Positions 25,313-33,285 of a stretch of 64,000 nt of DNA are shown here, in pieces. The translations under genes and the position numbers were made by a program. This DNA comes from Vicinamibacterales bacterium. Its GTDB lineage: Bacteria; Acidobacteriota; Vicinamibacteria; Vicinamibacterales; CAVVIG01. How positions within the stretch are numbered: position 1 is the first letter of the stretch; each line of letters starts with the position of its first letter. The notes beneath the pieces are model-generated. The model made no database searches and was not told the origin of the DNA. It saw only the letters and a list, made by a program, of their open reading frames with translations. The stretch covers positions 392,442 through 456,441 of the forward strand of contig JBFWPN010000002.1 of the NCBI GenBank assembly GCA_050249955.1. The letters run 5' to 3'.

Positions 25313-26149
25313 CTACGGCGATTTCCGGAAGGTGACGCTGACGGTCGAGTCGGCAGCCACGGGTGTGCCCCCCTGGCGTGCAGGCTCGAAGATCCACTGT
25401 CGGACGGCCGTTGCGGCGGCGGCATCGAGTGCAGGAATCGACTGCACCACGCTCACGTCGGAGACACGCCCGTCGCTCTCCACGCGAGCCCTCAGGACGA
25501 CGATGCCCTGGATGCCCTGCTGGAACGCATCGGCCGGATATCGCGGTTGTACCTGGCGGAGCACGCGCGGTGGTGTGAGGCGGGCGGGCGGAGCCGCCTG
25601 CGGCGGGGCAACCGGCGCGAGGGGGTCTGCCACCCGGGATGCGGGCTCCGGCGCGTCACCCGACGGTGTGCCCGGTGCACGGCCGCTCTCCTGCGGGGCG
25701 CGCTCGATCGGCGCGAGGTCGAACAGGGCACGGACCCGGTTCACCGCTGGCAGCACGTCCACCTGCTCGCCGCGCACGGCGGCATCGACCATCTCACGCA
25801 CCGCCGGCCAGACCTGCAGCGAGACCAGCGCGAAGTAGATGAGGCCGACGAAGAACGCCCAGCGGACCAGGCCAGCCAGGCATCCGGCGCCAGCCGCGGC
25901 TCCGGCCGGGGCGGGCACGGCTCGCTGGGTGGCCTGACGGGCGGGGCGGCGCTGGATGGCCCGGCGGACCGACTCGACACGCGGGTCGCGTGCGGCCGAC
26001 CTCACCGTATCGACCGCTTCCTGCGCCGCCTCGAGGGTGCGACGGCGCATCTGCGCGAAGTCGGCGTCGTCCACGAAGACCGCGCTGCCGCAGCGGCGGC
26101 AGAACGAGCGGTTCGGGTCGCAGCGTGCGCCGCACGCACTGCATCTCAT
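25313..26149 (-). CDS. Zinc-ribbon / TM / TonB-C-terminal-domain protein
   Basis: N-terminal MRCSACGARCDPNRSFCRRCG zinc ribbon, one TM segment (WAFFVGLIYFALVSLQVW), a Pro/Ala linker and a TonB_C domain (QPRYPADAFQQGIQGIVVLRARVESDGRVSDVSVV...). Confidence 0.8.
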   Translation of the reverse strand: MRCSACGARCDPNRSFCRRCGSAVFVDDADFAQMRRRTLEAAQEAVDTVRSAARDPRVESVRRAIQRRPARQATQRAVPAPAGAAAGAGCLAGLVRWAFFVGLIYFALVSLQVWPAVREMVDAAVRGEQVDVLPAVNRVRALFDLAPIERAPQESGRAPGTPSGDAPEPASRVADPLAPVAPPQAAPPARLTPPRVLRQVQPRYPADAFQQGIQGIVVLRARVESDGRVSDVSVVQSIPALDAAAATAVRQWIFEPARQGGTPVAADSTVSVTFRKSP

Positions 26150-26173
26150 CGTGGACCAGTCCGGTGCCGGCCG

Positions 26174-29020
26174 CTAGCGTGACTCGGGGCGCAGCGTCAC
26201 CTGGACGTAGCGCTGGAGTGTCAGGAACTGTGCGGCCGCCGCCCTGAGCCCGCTCACGGTCATCTGGTCGTAGAGCGCGCGCTTGTTGAATACGCTGCCC
26301 ACGTCCTCGCCGTTCTCGATGCTCTCGAGCAGGTCGTTCAGCAGGTCGGCGTTCTCCTGGTAGCCGTTCTCCAGGTCGCGGTCCATCTGGTTACGAGCGC
26401 CGGCCAGATAGTCCGCCGATGGTCCGCGCTCGGCGAACCGCCGGATCTCGTTCCACGCGGCATCGGTCAGCTCCGTCACCCGTGCCGGATCGCAGCTGAA
26501 CCCGATGGAGATCTGGTACTCCTGGGTCGGGAACTTCGAGAAGCGCGAGTCGACATTGACCCCGTAGGTGCCCCCGAGTTCCTCGCGCAGCACGTGGTGC
26601 AGGTTCCCGCCCAGCATCTCGCCCATGGTCTTGATCAGCAGTCGGTTCAGCGGCGTGTTCTGGAAGGTGCCCGCAAAGACGATGGCGACCTGGCTGCGCG
26701 GGTCGACCCCCTTCACCACCTCGCGCTCCACCACCGTGGTGGGCGGCCTGATGCCGCGATCCACGGCCGCCTCGGTGCGCTTCAGCGAGGGCAGGCTGGC
26801 CAGGTACTTCTCCACGAGCGGCTTCATGGCCTGCACGTCGAAGCTGCCGACGAACACGAACGTGAAGTCGCTCGCGTCGGCGAAGCGGTTCCGGTAGAAC
26901 GCCACCGAGCGCTCGAGGTTCATCTGGTCGATGGCGGCCGGCGTGAGCGGCCGCGCACGCGGGTTGTCCTGCGTCAGCGCGGCAGTGATGGCTGCACGGA
27001 AGGTGGCTTCCGGCAGCGACTGCTGGTTGGCCAGCATCGGCTTCAGTCGGGCCTTGAGCGCCTCGAACTGGCCGGGATCCGCGCGAGGCGCCGTGAAGTT
27101 CAGGTAGATCAGCTGGAACATCCGTTCGACGTCCTTCTTCGCCGACCCGCCCCGCAAGCCTTCGTCCGCGTCGCCGATGTCGGCGCGCACGGCAGCGTTC
27201 GCACCCGCGAGCGCCTTGGTCAGGTCGATGCGCGAGAAGGCACCGAGTCCCCCTTCCGCGACGACCTCGTCGGCCGTCTCGGCCACGACAATGTCCTGAT
27301 CGGGCGCCAGGGAGGTGCCGCCAGGGCTGTACGCCCGGAAGAGGATCTCGTCTTCCTTCACCGTGGTCGGCTTGAGGACCACCTTCGCGCCGTTCGAGAG
27401 CTGCCACTCGGTGACGCCGATCTCCGGCCGCGTGGTGGTGCGGGTGACCGTGCCGGGCGTCGGCATCTGCGCGATGAGCGGCTGGGTGCTGACGCGGTCC
27501 ACGTAGGCGTCCACCCGGGCATTGGTGGCGGTGAAGATCGCGGACGCGAGGCGTGCCTGGGTCGGCAGGGCCAGGCCCGGACGCTCGGGGGCGGTGATGG
27601 CGACCACGCGGTCACCCTCGGGAATCCAGTTCTTCGCGAGCGCGTTGATCTCGGCCAGGGAGATGCCGGGCAGGAAGCGCTGCGCCATGGCCTGCTCGTA
27701 CACGATGCCGGGCACCGGCTCGTCCTGGATGACGTGGCGCACGAGTTCATCGGCGAGGGGGCCGGATGGGCTCTTGTCCTTGTCGGCGAGCGCTTCGTCG
27801 AGGTAGTGCAGGCTGTTGCTCTTCTCGCGGTCGAGTTCGGTCTGGGTGAAGCCGTGCTGGATGACCCGTTCCACCTCGGTGAAGATGGCCTGCAGCCCGC
27901 GGTCGGCGGTGCCGTCGGGCACGAGGGCCACGACATTGGTGGCGACCGCCGACTTCACGATCAGGCCGCGGTTCGTCTCGGCCGCGAGAAACGGCGGGTT
28001 GGGACCATCGGCCAGTTCGGCGAAGCGCGCGGAGAGCATGCGGCCGAAGAGCCGTTCCACCATCTGCTGGCGGTAGGTGCCGACCGTGCGCTGATCGCCG
28101 GCGGGCTTGATGCTGTAGACATTGACCAGCGTGCCTCTGGCCTCGCGATCGGCCACCAGGGAATAGAGCGTCTCGCCGTGCGGCGGGACAGTGTAGAGCG
28201 GGCGTGGCCTGGCGCTGGTCGGGCGCGGGATGTCGCGGAAGTGCGCCACGATCATTTGCTCGAGGACCGCGGCATCGAAGTCGCCGACGGCGATCACCGC
28301 CATCAGGTCTGGCCGATACCAGTCCGTGTAGAACTGCCGGAGCTGTTCGGGCGTGACGCTCTGCAGGATCTCGGGTCGGCCGATGGGCGAACGGTCCGCA
28401 TAGCGGGCACCCTTCAGCAGCACCGGCATCTGCGCGTCGCGAATCCGCGACTCGGCGCCGAGGCCGAGACGCCACTCCTCGAGGACGACGCCCCGTTCCT
28501 TGTCCACCTCGGCCTTGTCGAAGGTGACGCCGTGGGCCCAGTCCTCCAGAATCAGGATCGAGCGGTCGATGATGGCCGGGTTGTCGGTCGGGATCTGGAG
28601 CTGGTAGACCGTTTCGTCGAAGCTGGTGTGTGCGTTGACGTGCGCACCGAACCGCATGCCCAGCCGCTGGATGAAGGCCGGAATCTCGCCGCCGGGGAAG
28701 TTCGTCGTGCCATTGAACGCCATGTGCTCGACGAAATGGGCGAGCCCGCGCTGGTTCTCGTCCTCGAGCACGGAGCCCGCGTTGACCACCAGGCGGAGCT
28801 CGGCCCGACCTCGCGGTGTGCCGTTCGACCGCACGTAGTACTCGAGGCCGTTCGGGAGCCGCCCGGTGCGCACCTCAGGGGTGACCGCGATGACGGCCGT
28901 GAGGGGATCCTGTGCGGCGCGCTGGGCCGGGTTGGCCTGCGACGGTTGCTGGGCCCAGACCGGCGGGACCGCGGTGACCGTGAGAAGCGCCAGGACGAAA
29001 GCTCGGATGCGTATGGTCAT
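26174..29020 (-). CDS. Secreted M16 (pitrilysin/insulinase) zinc peptidase, double-length
   Basis: Start at MTIRIRAFVLALLTVTAVPPVWAQQ (signal peptide). Inverted zinc motif GLAHFVEHMAFNGT. About 948 aa with a second inactive M16 half. Confidence 0.9.
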   Translation of the reverse strand: MTIRIRAFVLALLTVTAVPPVWAQQPSQANPAQRAAQDPLTAVIAVTPEVRTGRLPNGLEYYVRSNGTPRGRAELRLVVNAGSVLEDENQRGLAHFVEHMAFNGTTNFPGGEIPAFIQRLGMRFGAHVNAHTSFDETVYQLQIPTDNPAIIDRSILILEDWAHGVTFDKAEVDKERGVVLEEWRLGLGAESRIRDAQMPVLLKGARYADRSPIGRPEILQSVTPEQLRQFYTDWYRPDLMAVIAVGDFDAAVLEQMIVAHFRDIPRPTSARPRPLYTVPPHGETLYSLVADREARGTLVNVYSIKPAGDQRTVGTYRQQMVERLFGRMLSARFAELADGPNPPFLAAETNRGLIVKSAVATNVVALVPDGTADRGLQAIFTEVERVIQHGFTQTELDREKSNSLHYLDEALADKDKSPSGPLADELVRHVIQDEPVPGIVYEQAMAQRFLPGISLAEINALAKNWIPEGDRVVAITAPERPGLALPTQARLASAIFTATNARVDAYVDRVSTQPLIAQMPTPGTVTRTTTRPEIGVTEWQLSNGAKVVLKPTTVKEDEILFRAYSPGGTSLAPDQDIVVAETADEVVAEGGLGAFSRIDLTKALAGANAAVRADIGDADEGLRGGSAKKDVERMFQLIYLNFTAPRADPGQFEALKARLKPMLANQQSLPEATFRAAITAALTQDNPRARPLTPAAIDQMNLERSVAFYRNRFADASDFTFVFVGSFDVQAMKPLVEKYLASLPSLKRTEAAVDRGIRPPTTVVEREVVKGVDPRSQVAIVFAGTFQNTPLNRLLIKTMGEMLGGNLHHVLREELGGTYGVNVDSRFSKFPTQEYQISIGFSCDPARVTELTDAAWNEIRRFAERGPSADYLAGARNQMDRDLENGYQENADLLNDLLESIENGEDVGSVFNKRALYDQMTVSGLRAAAAQFLTLQRYVQVTLRPESR

Positions 29021-30017
29021 GAACGTGTCAGGCACAAGGTAATTGGGCTGGAGCCGGCCAGCGGTTCGCCCAAGGGTACAACGCCTCGATGCCGTTAGGA
29101 CGCCGGGCGCCCAGCCCGGGATGGCGCTGCGGGGACGATTCTGCATCAGGAGGCGCGGATCCGCCCCGGAAAGGCCCGGAACTTAAGGTCAGCCGGGGAA
29201 ATCGGACCGAAGGGTGACGCCCGCCGGCTCGACGTCGCCTGGGGTTGCGACGGGAGGAACAGCGGTTACCTCGGCATTGGACCTGCGTTCGACGCCTGAG
29301 CCGGGAGGAGTTGGCTGACGGGGGAGCCGGCCTCGCGCGTCAACGGCGGGAACCGTCCGGCCGCGTTCCGGAGGGGGACGGGTTCGTGCGGCGGGCCGGT
29401 GACCAGTGGAACTGGCCATCGATCCGCTGTTTAGCCGGCCGCTGTCGCGGTGCGCGCGTCTGGAGCGCGGCTTGCCATCGGAAGGGTCGACCCGGGGTGC
29501 GGCTCCTTCAACCCAGCGCAGGGCCCGACCTCCCAGGCGTGGGATCGCCGCTCCCGGGTTCCTCCACCACACGTCCATCCGTGGCTCACAGCCGACGCCA
29601 GCCGTCGGCTGGCGCGAACCTGCGCTCAGTCGGAAGACGCGGGCGCTCACCTCGCACGCGGCTCCCCGCCCACACAGCCCGCTCACTCGAACCACGACGT
29701 CCGCGACGCCCGGACCTCGTCGTCTGGCCCCTGTCGCAGCGGCGCTGGAGGACGAATGGGTTCGCAGCGTTGACGCTGCGGCAACACCGGTTCCCGCACG
29801 GCTCGTGGGTGGCGACGAGACGGGAGGGCCGGTCGTGCCATTGAGTTGCGGGTTCGGTATGGGCGGAGCCACTGAGCCTGCGTGCCACGCTGCGACAACC
29901 CATGTTGACGGAACTCGGCGATGCCCGCATGCGGCACCGGGGCAGTCATGAAGGCGTCTGGTGCCGAAGGTTCGTCGCCATCAGCAGTTGCACTGACGGG
30001 CGTGGTGTGCCGGGAGG

Positions 30018-30033
30018 TGGACCCGCCCTTGCC
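30018..30033 (+). promoter_or_regulatory. Candidate sigma-54 (-24/-12) promoter upstream of comEA
   Basis: TGGACC-cgccc-TTGCC has the correct TGG-N8-TTGC spacing. It is intergenic and about 100 nt upstream of the comEA ATG. About 7 exact matches to this core are expected by chance in the whole window, so the support comes from position. Confidence 0.4.
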
Positions 30034-30131
30034 CCGCACGGGGCCGACGCGATGAAGGTGACAGGGTGTGGGGCCACGGTCGGCCGCCTGCGGCCCGGTC
30101 GCCGTCGCCAGTCAAACCAAGGAGAACACGT

Positions 30132-30464
30132 ATGGTGCGAATCGGCTCGTTGGCGCTCGTCATCTTCTGGCTGTTCGGCGGGTGGGCCTCCGCGCAGTCG
30201 CCCGCGCGCGAGAAGGCGGAGGCGCCTGTCACGAAGGCGGCAGCCACGGTGAACCTGAACACGGCGAGTGCCACGGAACTGGAGCAGTTGCCCGGTATTG
30301 GTGCGAAGGTGGCGGCGCGCATCGTGGAGTACCGGACGAAGAAGGGGCCGTTCCGGAAGATCGAGGAGCTGATGAACGTACAGGGCATCGGCGAGAAGAG
30401 CTTCCTGAAGCTCCGCGCGCAGCTGACGGTGGGCACGCCGGCTCCGGCGGCGCAGCAGCAGTAG
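30132..30464 (+). CDS. comEA: ComEA-type helix-hairpin-helix DNA-binding/uptake protein
   Basis: AAGGAG RBS 8 nt upstream. Signal/anchor MVRIGSLALVIFWLFGGWASA. Motif VNLNTASATELEQLPGIGAKVAARIVEYR...GPFRKIEELMNVQGIGEKSF. Confidence 0.9.
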   Translation: MVRIGSLALVIFWLFGGWASAQSPAREKAEAPVTKAAATVNLNTASATELEQLPGIGAKVAARIVEYRTKKGPFRKIEELMNVQGIGEKSFLKLRAQLTVGTPAPAAQQQ

Positions 30465-30471
30465 GGCGGTC

Positions 30472-31038
30472 GTGGCGGCGTCCTCCCTTACCGAACTGCT
30501 GTTCGTGCTGGGTGTCGCCGCCACGCTCGCATCGACGAGCGTGGCGCAACTCGCCTGGACCCTCGACAGTGCCCGTGCTTCGTCGGCTGCCCGGCATGTG
30601 GCGGCGCGCCTGCAGGAGGCGCGCGTGCGTGCCATTGCCCGCAACCGGTCGACGGCGCTGCGGATCACCAGCGACGCGCGTGGCTACCTCGTCACCGTGT
30701 ACGAAGACGGCAACCGGAACGGCGTGACGAGTGCCGATATCCAGTCGGGCGTGGACCATGCGCTGGCAGCGGGGGAGCGGCTTCCCGAGCAGTTCCCTGG
30801 TGTGGAGTTCGGTGCCGTGCCAGGGTTGCCCGGAGCTGAAGGCAGTGCCCCGCCCGGTACCGACCCGATTCGTGTAGGCGTATCCGACTCGGTCACCTTC
30901 ACGCCGGAGGGCACGGCAACCCCCGGAAGCCTCTACGTGCGCGGCCGGCGGGGCGTGCAGTTCGTGGTGCGCATCTACGGTGAAACGGGGCGGACGCGCG
31001 TGCTCGGCTTCAATGCACGAACCCAGACATGGCACTGA
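30472..31038 (+). CDS. GspH/FimT-like minor pseudopilin
   Basis: GTG start. Prepilin-like hydrophobic N-terminus SLTELLFVLGVAATLAS with the Glu at +5-like position. GspH-type body (ARHVAARLQEARVRAIARNRSTALRI...VTFTPEGTATPGSLYV). No Gly precedes the predicted cleavage position. Confidence 0.7.
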   Translation: MAASSLTELLFVLGVAATLASTSVAQLAWTLDSARASSAARHVAARLQEARVRAIARNRSTALRITSDARGYLVTVYEDGNRNGVTSADIQSGVDHALAAGERLPEQFPGVEFGAVPGLPGAEGSAPPGTDPIRVGVSDSVTFTPEGTATPGSLYVRGRRGVQFVVRIYGETGRTRVLGFNARTQTWH

Positions 31039-31367
31039 ACGCCACAGACGAACGCCGGGAGCACACGCGACTCTCGGGTGCCGACCTGCCGGACACGCTG
31101 GTCGCGCGAATCCGCCCCGGGTACCAGACCCGCATCATCGACCTTGCGCGCAGTGGCGTGTTGATCGAGTGCGGCAGGCGGTTGCTGCCCGGAACGAGTG
31201 TGGAACTCATCGTGGAGCGGGATCCCGCGCGCCACGCGACGCGTGCCCGCGTGGTGCGCTGCTACGTGCACCTGGTGCTTCCCACCGGGCTCATCTATCG
31301 GTGCGGCCTCAGGCTCGACTCGGCGATCGCGTGGCTGGCCGAGCCGGCTACAGATCGGGGCAGGTGA
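31029..31367 (+). CDS. PilZ-domain protein (putative c-di-GMP receptor)
   Basis: RxxxR-like ERREHTR near the N-terminus and IIDLARSGVLIE resembling the D/NxSxxG element. 112 aa. Overlaps the pseudopilin gene by 10 nt. Confidence 0.6.
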   Translation: MALNATDERREHTRLSGADLPDTLVARIRPGYQTRIIDLARSGVLIECGRRLLPGTSVELIVERDPARHATRARVVRCYVHLVLPTGLIYRCGLRLDSAIAWLAEPATDRGR

Positions 31368-31499
31368 CGAACCCGGTGCATTCAGCGTCGAGTGAAGTGC
31401 GGAGGCGGGAGTGAGGAGAGCCACTATCAGTGTGCGCGCGACCCGCTGAATCTTCAAGACTGTTTCGTGGTGGGCCGGACGGGTAATATCGCCGGCCCT

Positions 31500-33110
31500 A
31501 TGAGCAGGTCCAGGCTGCACTCCACGACGCCGGCCACAGCTCGTCCGATCGACGAGCTGATGAGCGCTCCTGATGTGGCGCAGGTCGTCCGCGAGGCAGA
31601 TCACCGGATTCTGCACCAGGTGATGCGTGCCGTGGGGACTGACGAGGCGGTGGGGTTGCTGCGGTTCGCGTCACCTGCGCAGATCACCAGGATCGTCGAC
31701 CTCGATCTCTGGACACCCCGGCCCGGACAGACCGACCGTTTCGACCCGGAGCGATTCGGTGAATGGGTGGAGGCGCTGGTCGAGGAAGACATCGCGCTGG
31801 CGCTCGCCATCCTGCGCGAGCTTGGCGTCGCGTTCACGACCACCGCCATCAGCCAGCACATCGCGGTGTGCAGCCGGTCGACGGCGGAGCAGCGGGGCCT
31901 GGTCGATTCGGCGGTCACCCATGAAATCGGGGCGCTCGTCCTGGTGGCGCGTCGGCCCGACGCTTTTCACGCCATCGTGGCGGTGCTCGACCACGCGCAC
32001 GCGGAGGACGGGGCCTTCTTCCATGACCTGATGGCTGAATGCCGCCAGTTGTCGTACGAGCACCTCGAAGAGGAGTCCGGCTTCGACGTGCTGCTGACCA
32101 GGCGCGATCAGGCGATGGCGGACCTTGCGTTCGAGAGGCAGCGGCGCATGGAGGCCGACGGCTACCTCACTCGCGACCAGGCTGTCGCGTTCCTCGCACA
32201 AGCCAGGCAGCCGGCCGACACGTTACGTACAGGGCCAGACCCGATCGCGCACGCGTACTTCCGCGACCGGCGCGTGGCCGGCTGGGACGATGGGGAGGCG
32301 GGCGCCGCGACCACGACCGACGAACCGGAGGAGCGTGTGTCCGCCCGCCGTTTCCTGATCGACCTGCTCGCCGACCAGTGGCAGGGGGGCGCCCCTGGCG
32401 AGCCGCTGGCGCTGCTGGGGCCGGGGACTGACGGGGCCACCGCTAGCTACGCAAGGTTGGCGGCGCACATCCGTGAGAGTGCGGCATCGGACCCGGCCGC
32501 CGGCCGCGTGGTCGAGCAGCTGGCCTTCCTGGCTGGTGTCCTCCTCGAAGGTGGCCAGGTCCACGATCGTGCCTTCACCGTGGCGGAATCGAGCGACGCC
32601 GCTGCCGCGCTCTGCAATCTCGGTCTCGAGGTGCTGGCGCTGCACCCGCCACGCACCGTTCCCAACCGTCGCGGGTCACCGTCTGTCGAAGACGCTGCCC
32701 TGATTCGCGCGTTCACGGTCGGATGGCGGACGATCCACGAGTCGCTCTGTGCGGGGGCGCTGCAGGCACTGTTGCAGGTGCTGTCGAACGTGTCGGGTGA
32801 GGCGAACGACCAGATTGCGGACCTTCGGCTGCTGCGCCGGGCGCTGTTGGGCGCAGCGGATCGGGGCGAGCCGTGGCAGGCGAGGCCGGCGCTCGACACG
32901 ATTGCGGTCCTGGATGCGGAAGCCTGGGTAAACCTGCAGCACTTCATCAATCCGTGTCCCGTCGTGCCGCGCGACTGCGTGCGACCGTCGGGCCGCCGCG
33001 CCGCCCGCCTCCGCGTGCACCCCGACCAGTTCGAGTTCGTGAGCGGCCTCGCGCAGGTGCGGTGGGCGGAGGCATATCTCGCCCGCCTGCCCGCGCACCT
33101 CGGGCTCTGA
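31500..33110 (+). CDS. Hypothetical cytoplasmic protein (536 aa), helical and acidic
   Basis: Start chosen at MSRSRLHS... (first ATG with good downstream codon bias). Strong G/C third-position bias. No catalytic motif recognised. The N-terminal third (LLRFASPAQITRIVDLDLW...FDPERFGEWVEALVE) looks like a helical-repeat domain. Confidence 0.65.
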   Translation: MSRSRLHSTTPATARPIDELMSAPDVAQVVREADHRILHQVMRAVGTDEAVGLLRFASPAQITRIVDLDLWTPRPGQTDRFDPERFGEWVEALVEEDIALALAILRELGVAFTTTAISQHIAVCSRSTAEQRGLVDSAVTHEIGALVLVARRPDAFHAIVAVLDHAHAEDGAFFHDLMAECRQLSYEHLEEESGFDVLLTRRDQAMADLAFERQRRMEADGYLTRDQAVAFLAQARQPADTLRTGPDPIAHAYFRDRRVAGWDDGEAGAATTTDEPEERVSARRFLIDLLADQWQGGAPGEPLALLGPGTDGATASYARLAAHIRESAASDPAAGRVVEQLAFLAGVLLEGGQVHDRAFTVAESSDAAAALCNLGLEVLALHPPRTVPNRRGSPSVEDAALIRAFTVGWRTIHESLCAGALQALLQVLSNVSGEANDQIADLRLLRRALLGAADRGEPWQARPALDTIAVLDAEAWVNLQHFINPCPVVPRDCVRPSGRRAARLRVHPDQFEFVSGLAQVRWAEAYLARLPAHLGL

Positions 33111-33234
33111 GGTCAGCCGTCGCTGCGGGACACGCTTCACGCACGGGAACGAGCTTCCCGCGCAGCCGCCGCGCCTCACGCGATCAGATCCCGAGAACAC
33201 TGGCCTTTTCCGCGACGCGCCACGGTGCGCGCGC

Positions 33235-33250
33235 TGGCACTCCGTTTGGT
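33235..33250 (+). promoter_or_regulatory. Candidate sigma-54 promoter immediately upstream of the enhancer-binding-protein gene
   Basis: Perfect -24 box TGGCAC, N5, then TTGGT (the -12 GC is replaced by GG). Lies 36 nt upstream of the ATG at 33286, with AGGAG in between. Confidence 0.45.
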
Positions 33251-33285
33251 TCCTGGGTCGGCACACCTACGCAGGAGACCACGGG

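Noticed and set aside
29131-29570. A tmRNA-like 5' end (GGGGACGATTCTGCATC, compared with GGGGCTGATTCTGGATTCGAC) and a downstream ...GGGTTCCTCCACCAC.
   Set aside because: The putative acceptor strands do not pair (GGGGACG versus TTCCTCC). There is no T-arm (GGTTCGAATCC type) and no tag reading frame ending in ...ALAA-stop. This is a coincidental resemblance.
29189-29951. ORFs of 181-227 aa in the 29-30 kb gap (29189-29872 minus, 29245-29844 plus, 29406-29951 plus), considered as real genes.
   Set aside because: My hand-counted third-position G+C is about 69% (56 A/T of 181), against nearly 100% in neighbouring genes. The translations are low-complexity Arg/Pro/Ala with no motifs, and the ORFs are mutually overlapping on both strands. 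I kept the region as a non-coding or pseudogene question instead.
29865-29990. A cobalamin-riboswitch-like fragment (GCCACTG and an AGTCATGAAGGCGTCTGG resembling the B12 box).
   Set aside because: Only short partial matches are present. The GGTG..AA..CC and GCCCCCGC core elements are missing, and the downstream gene (comEA) has no link to B12.
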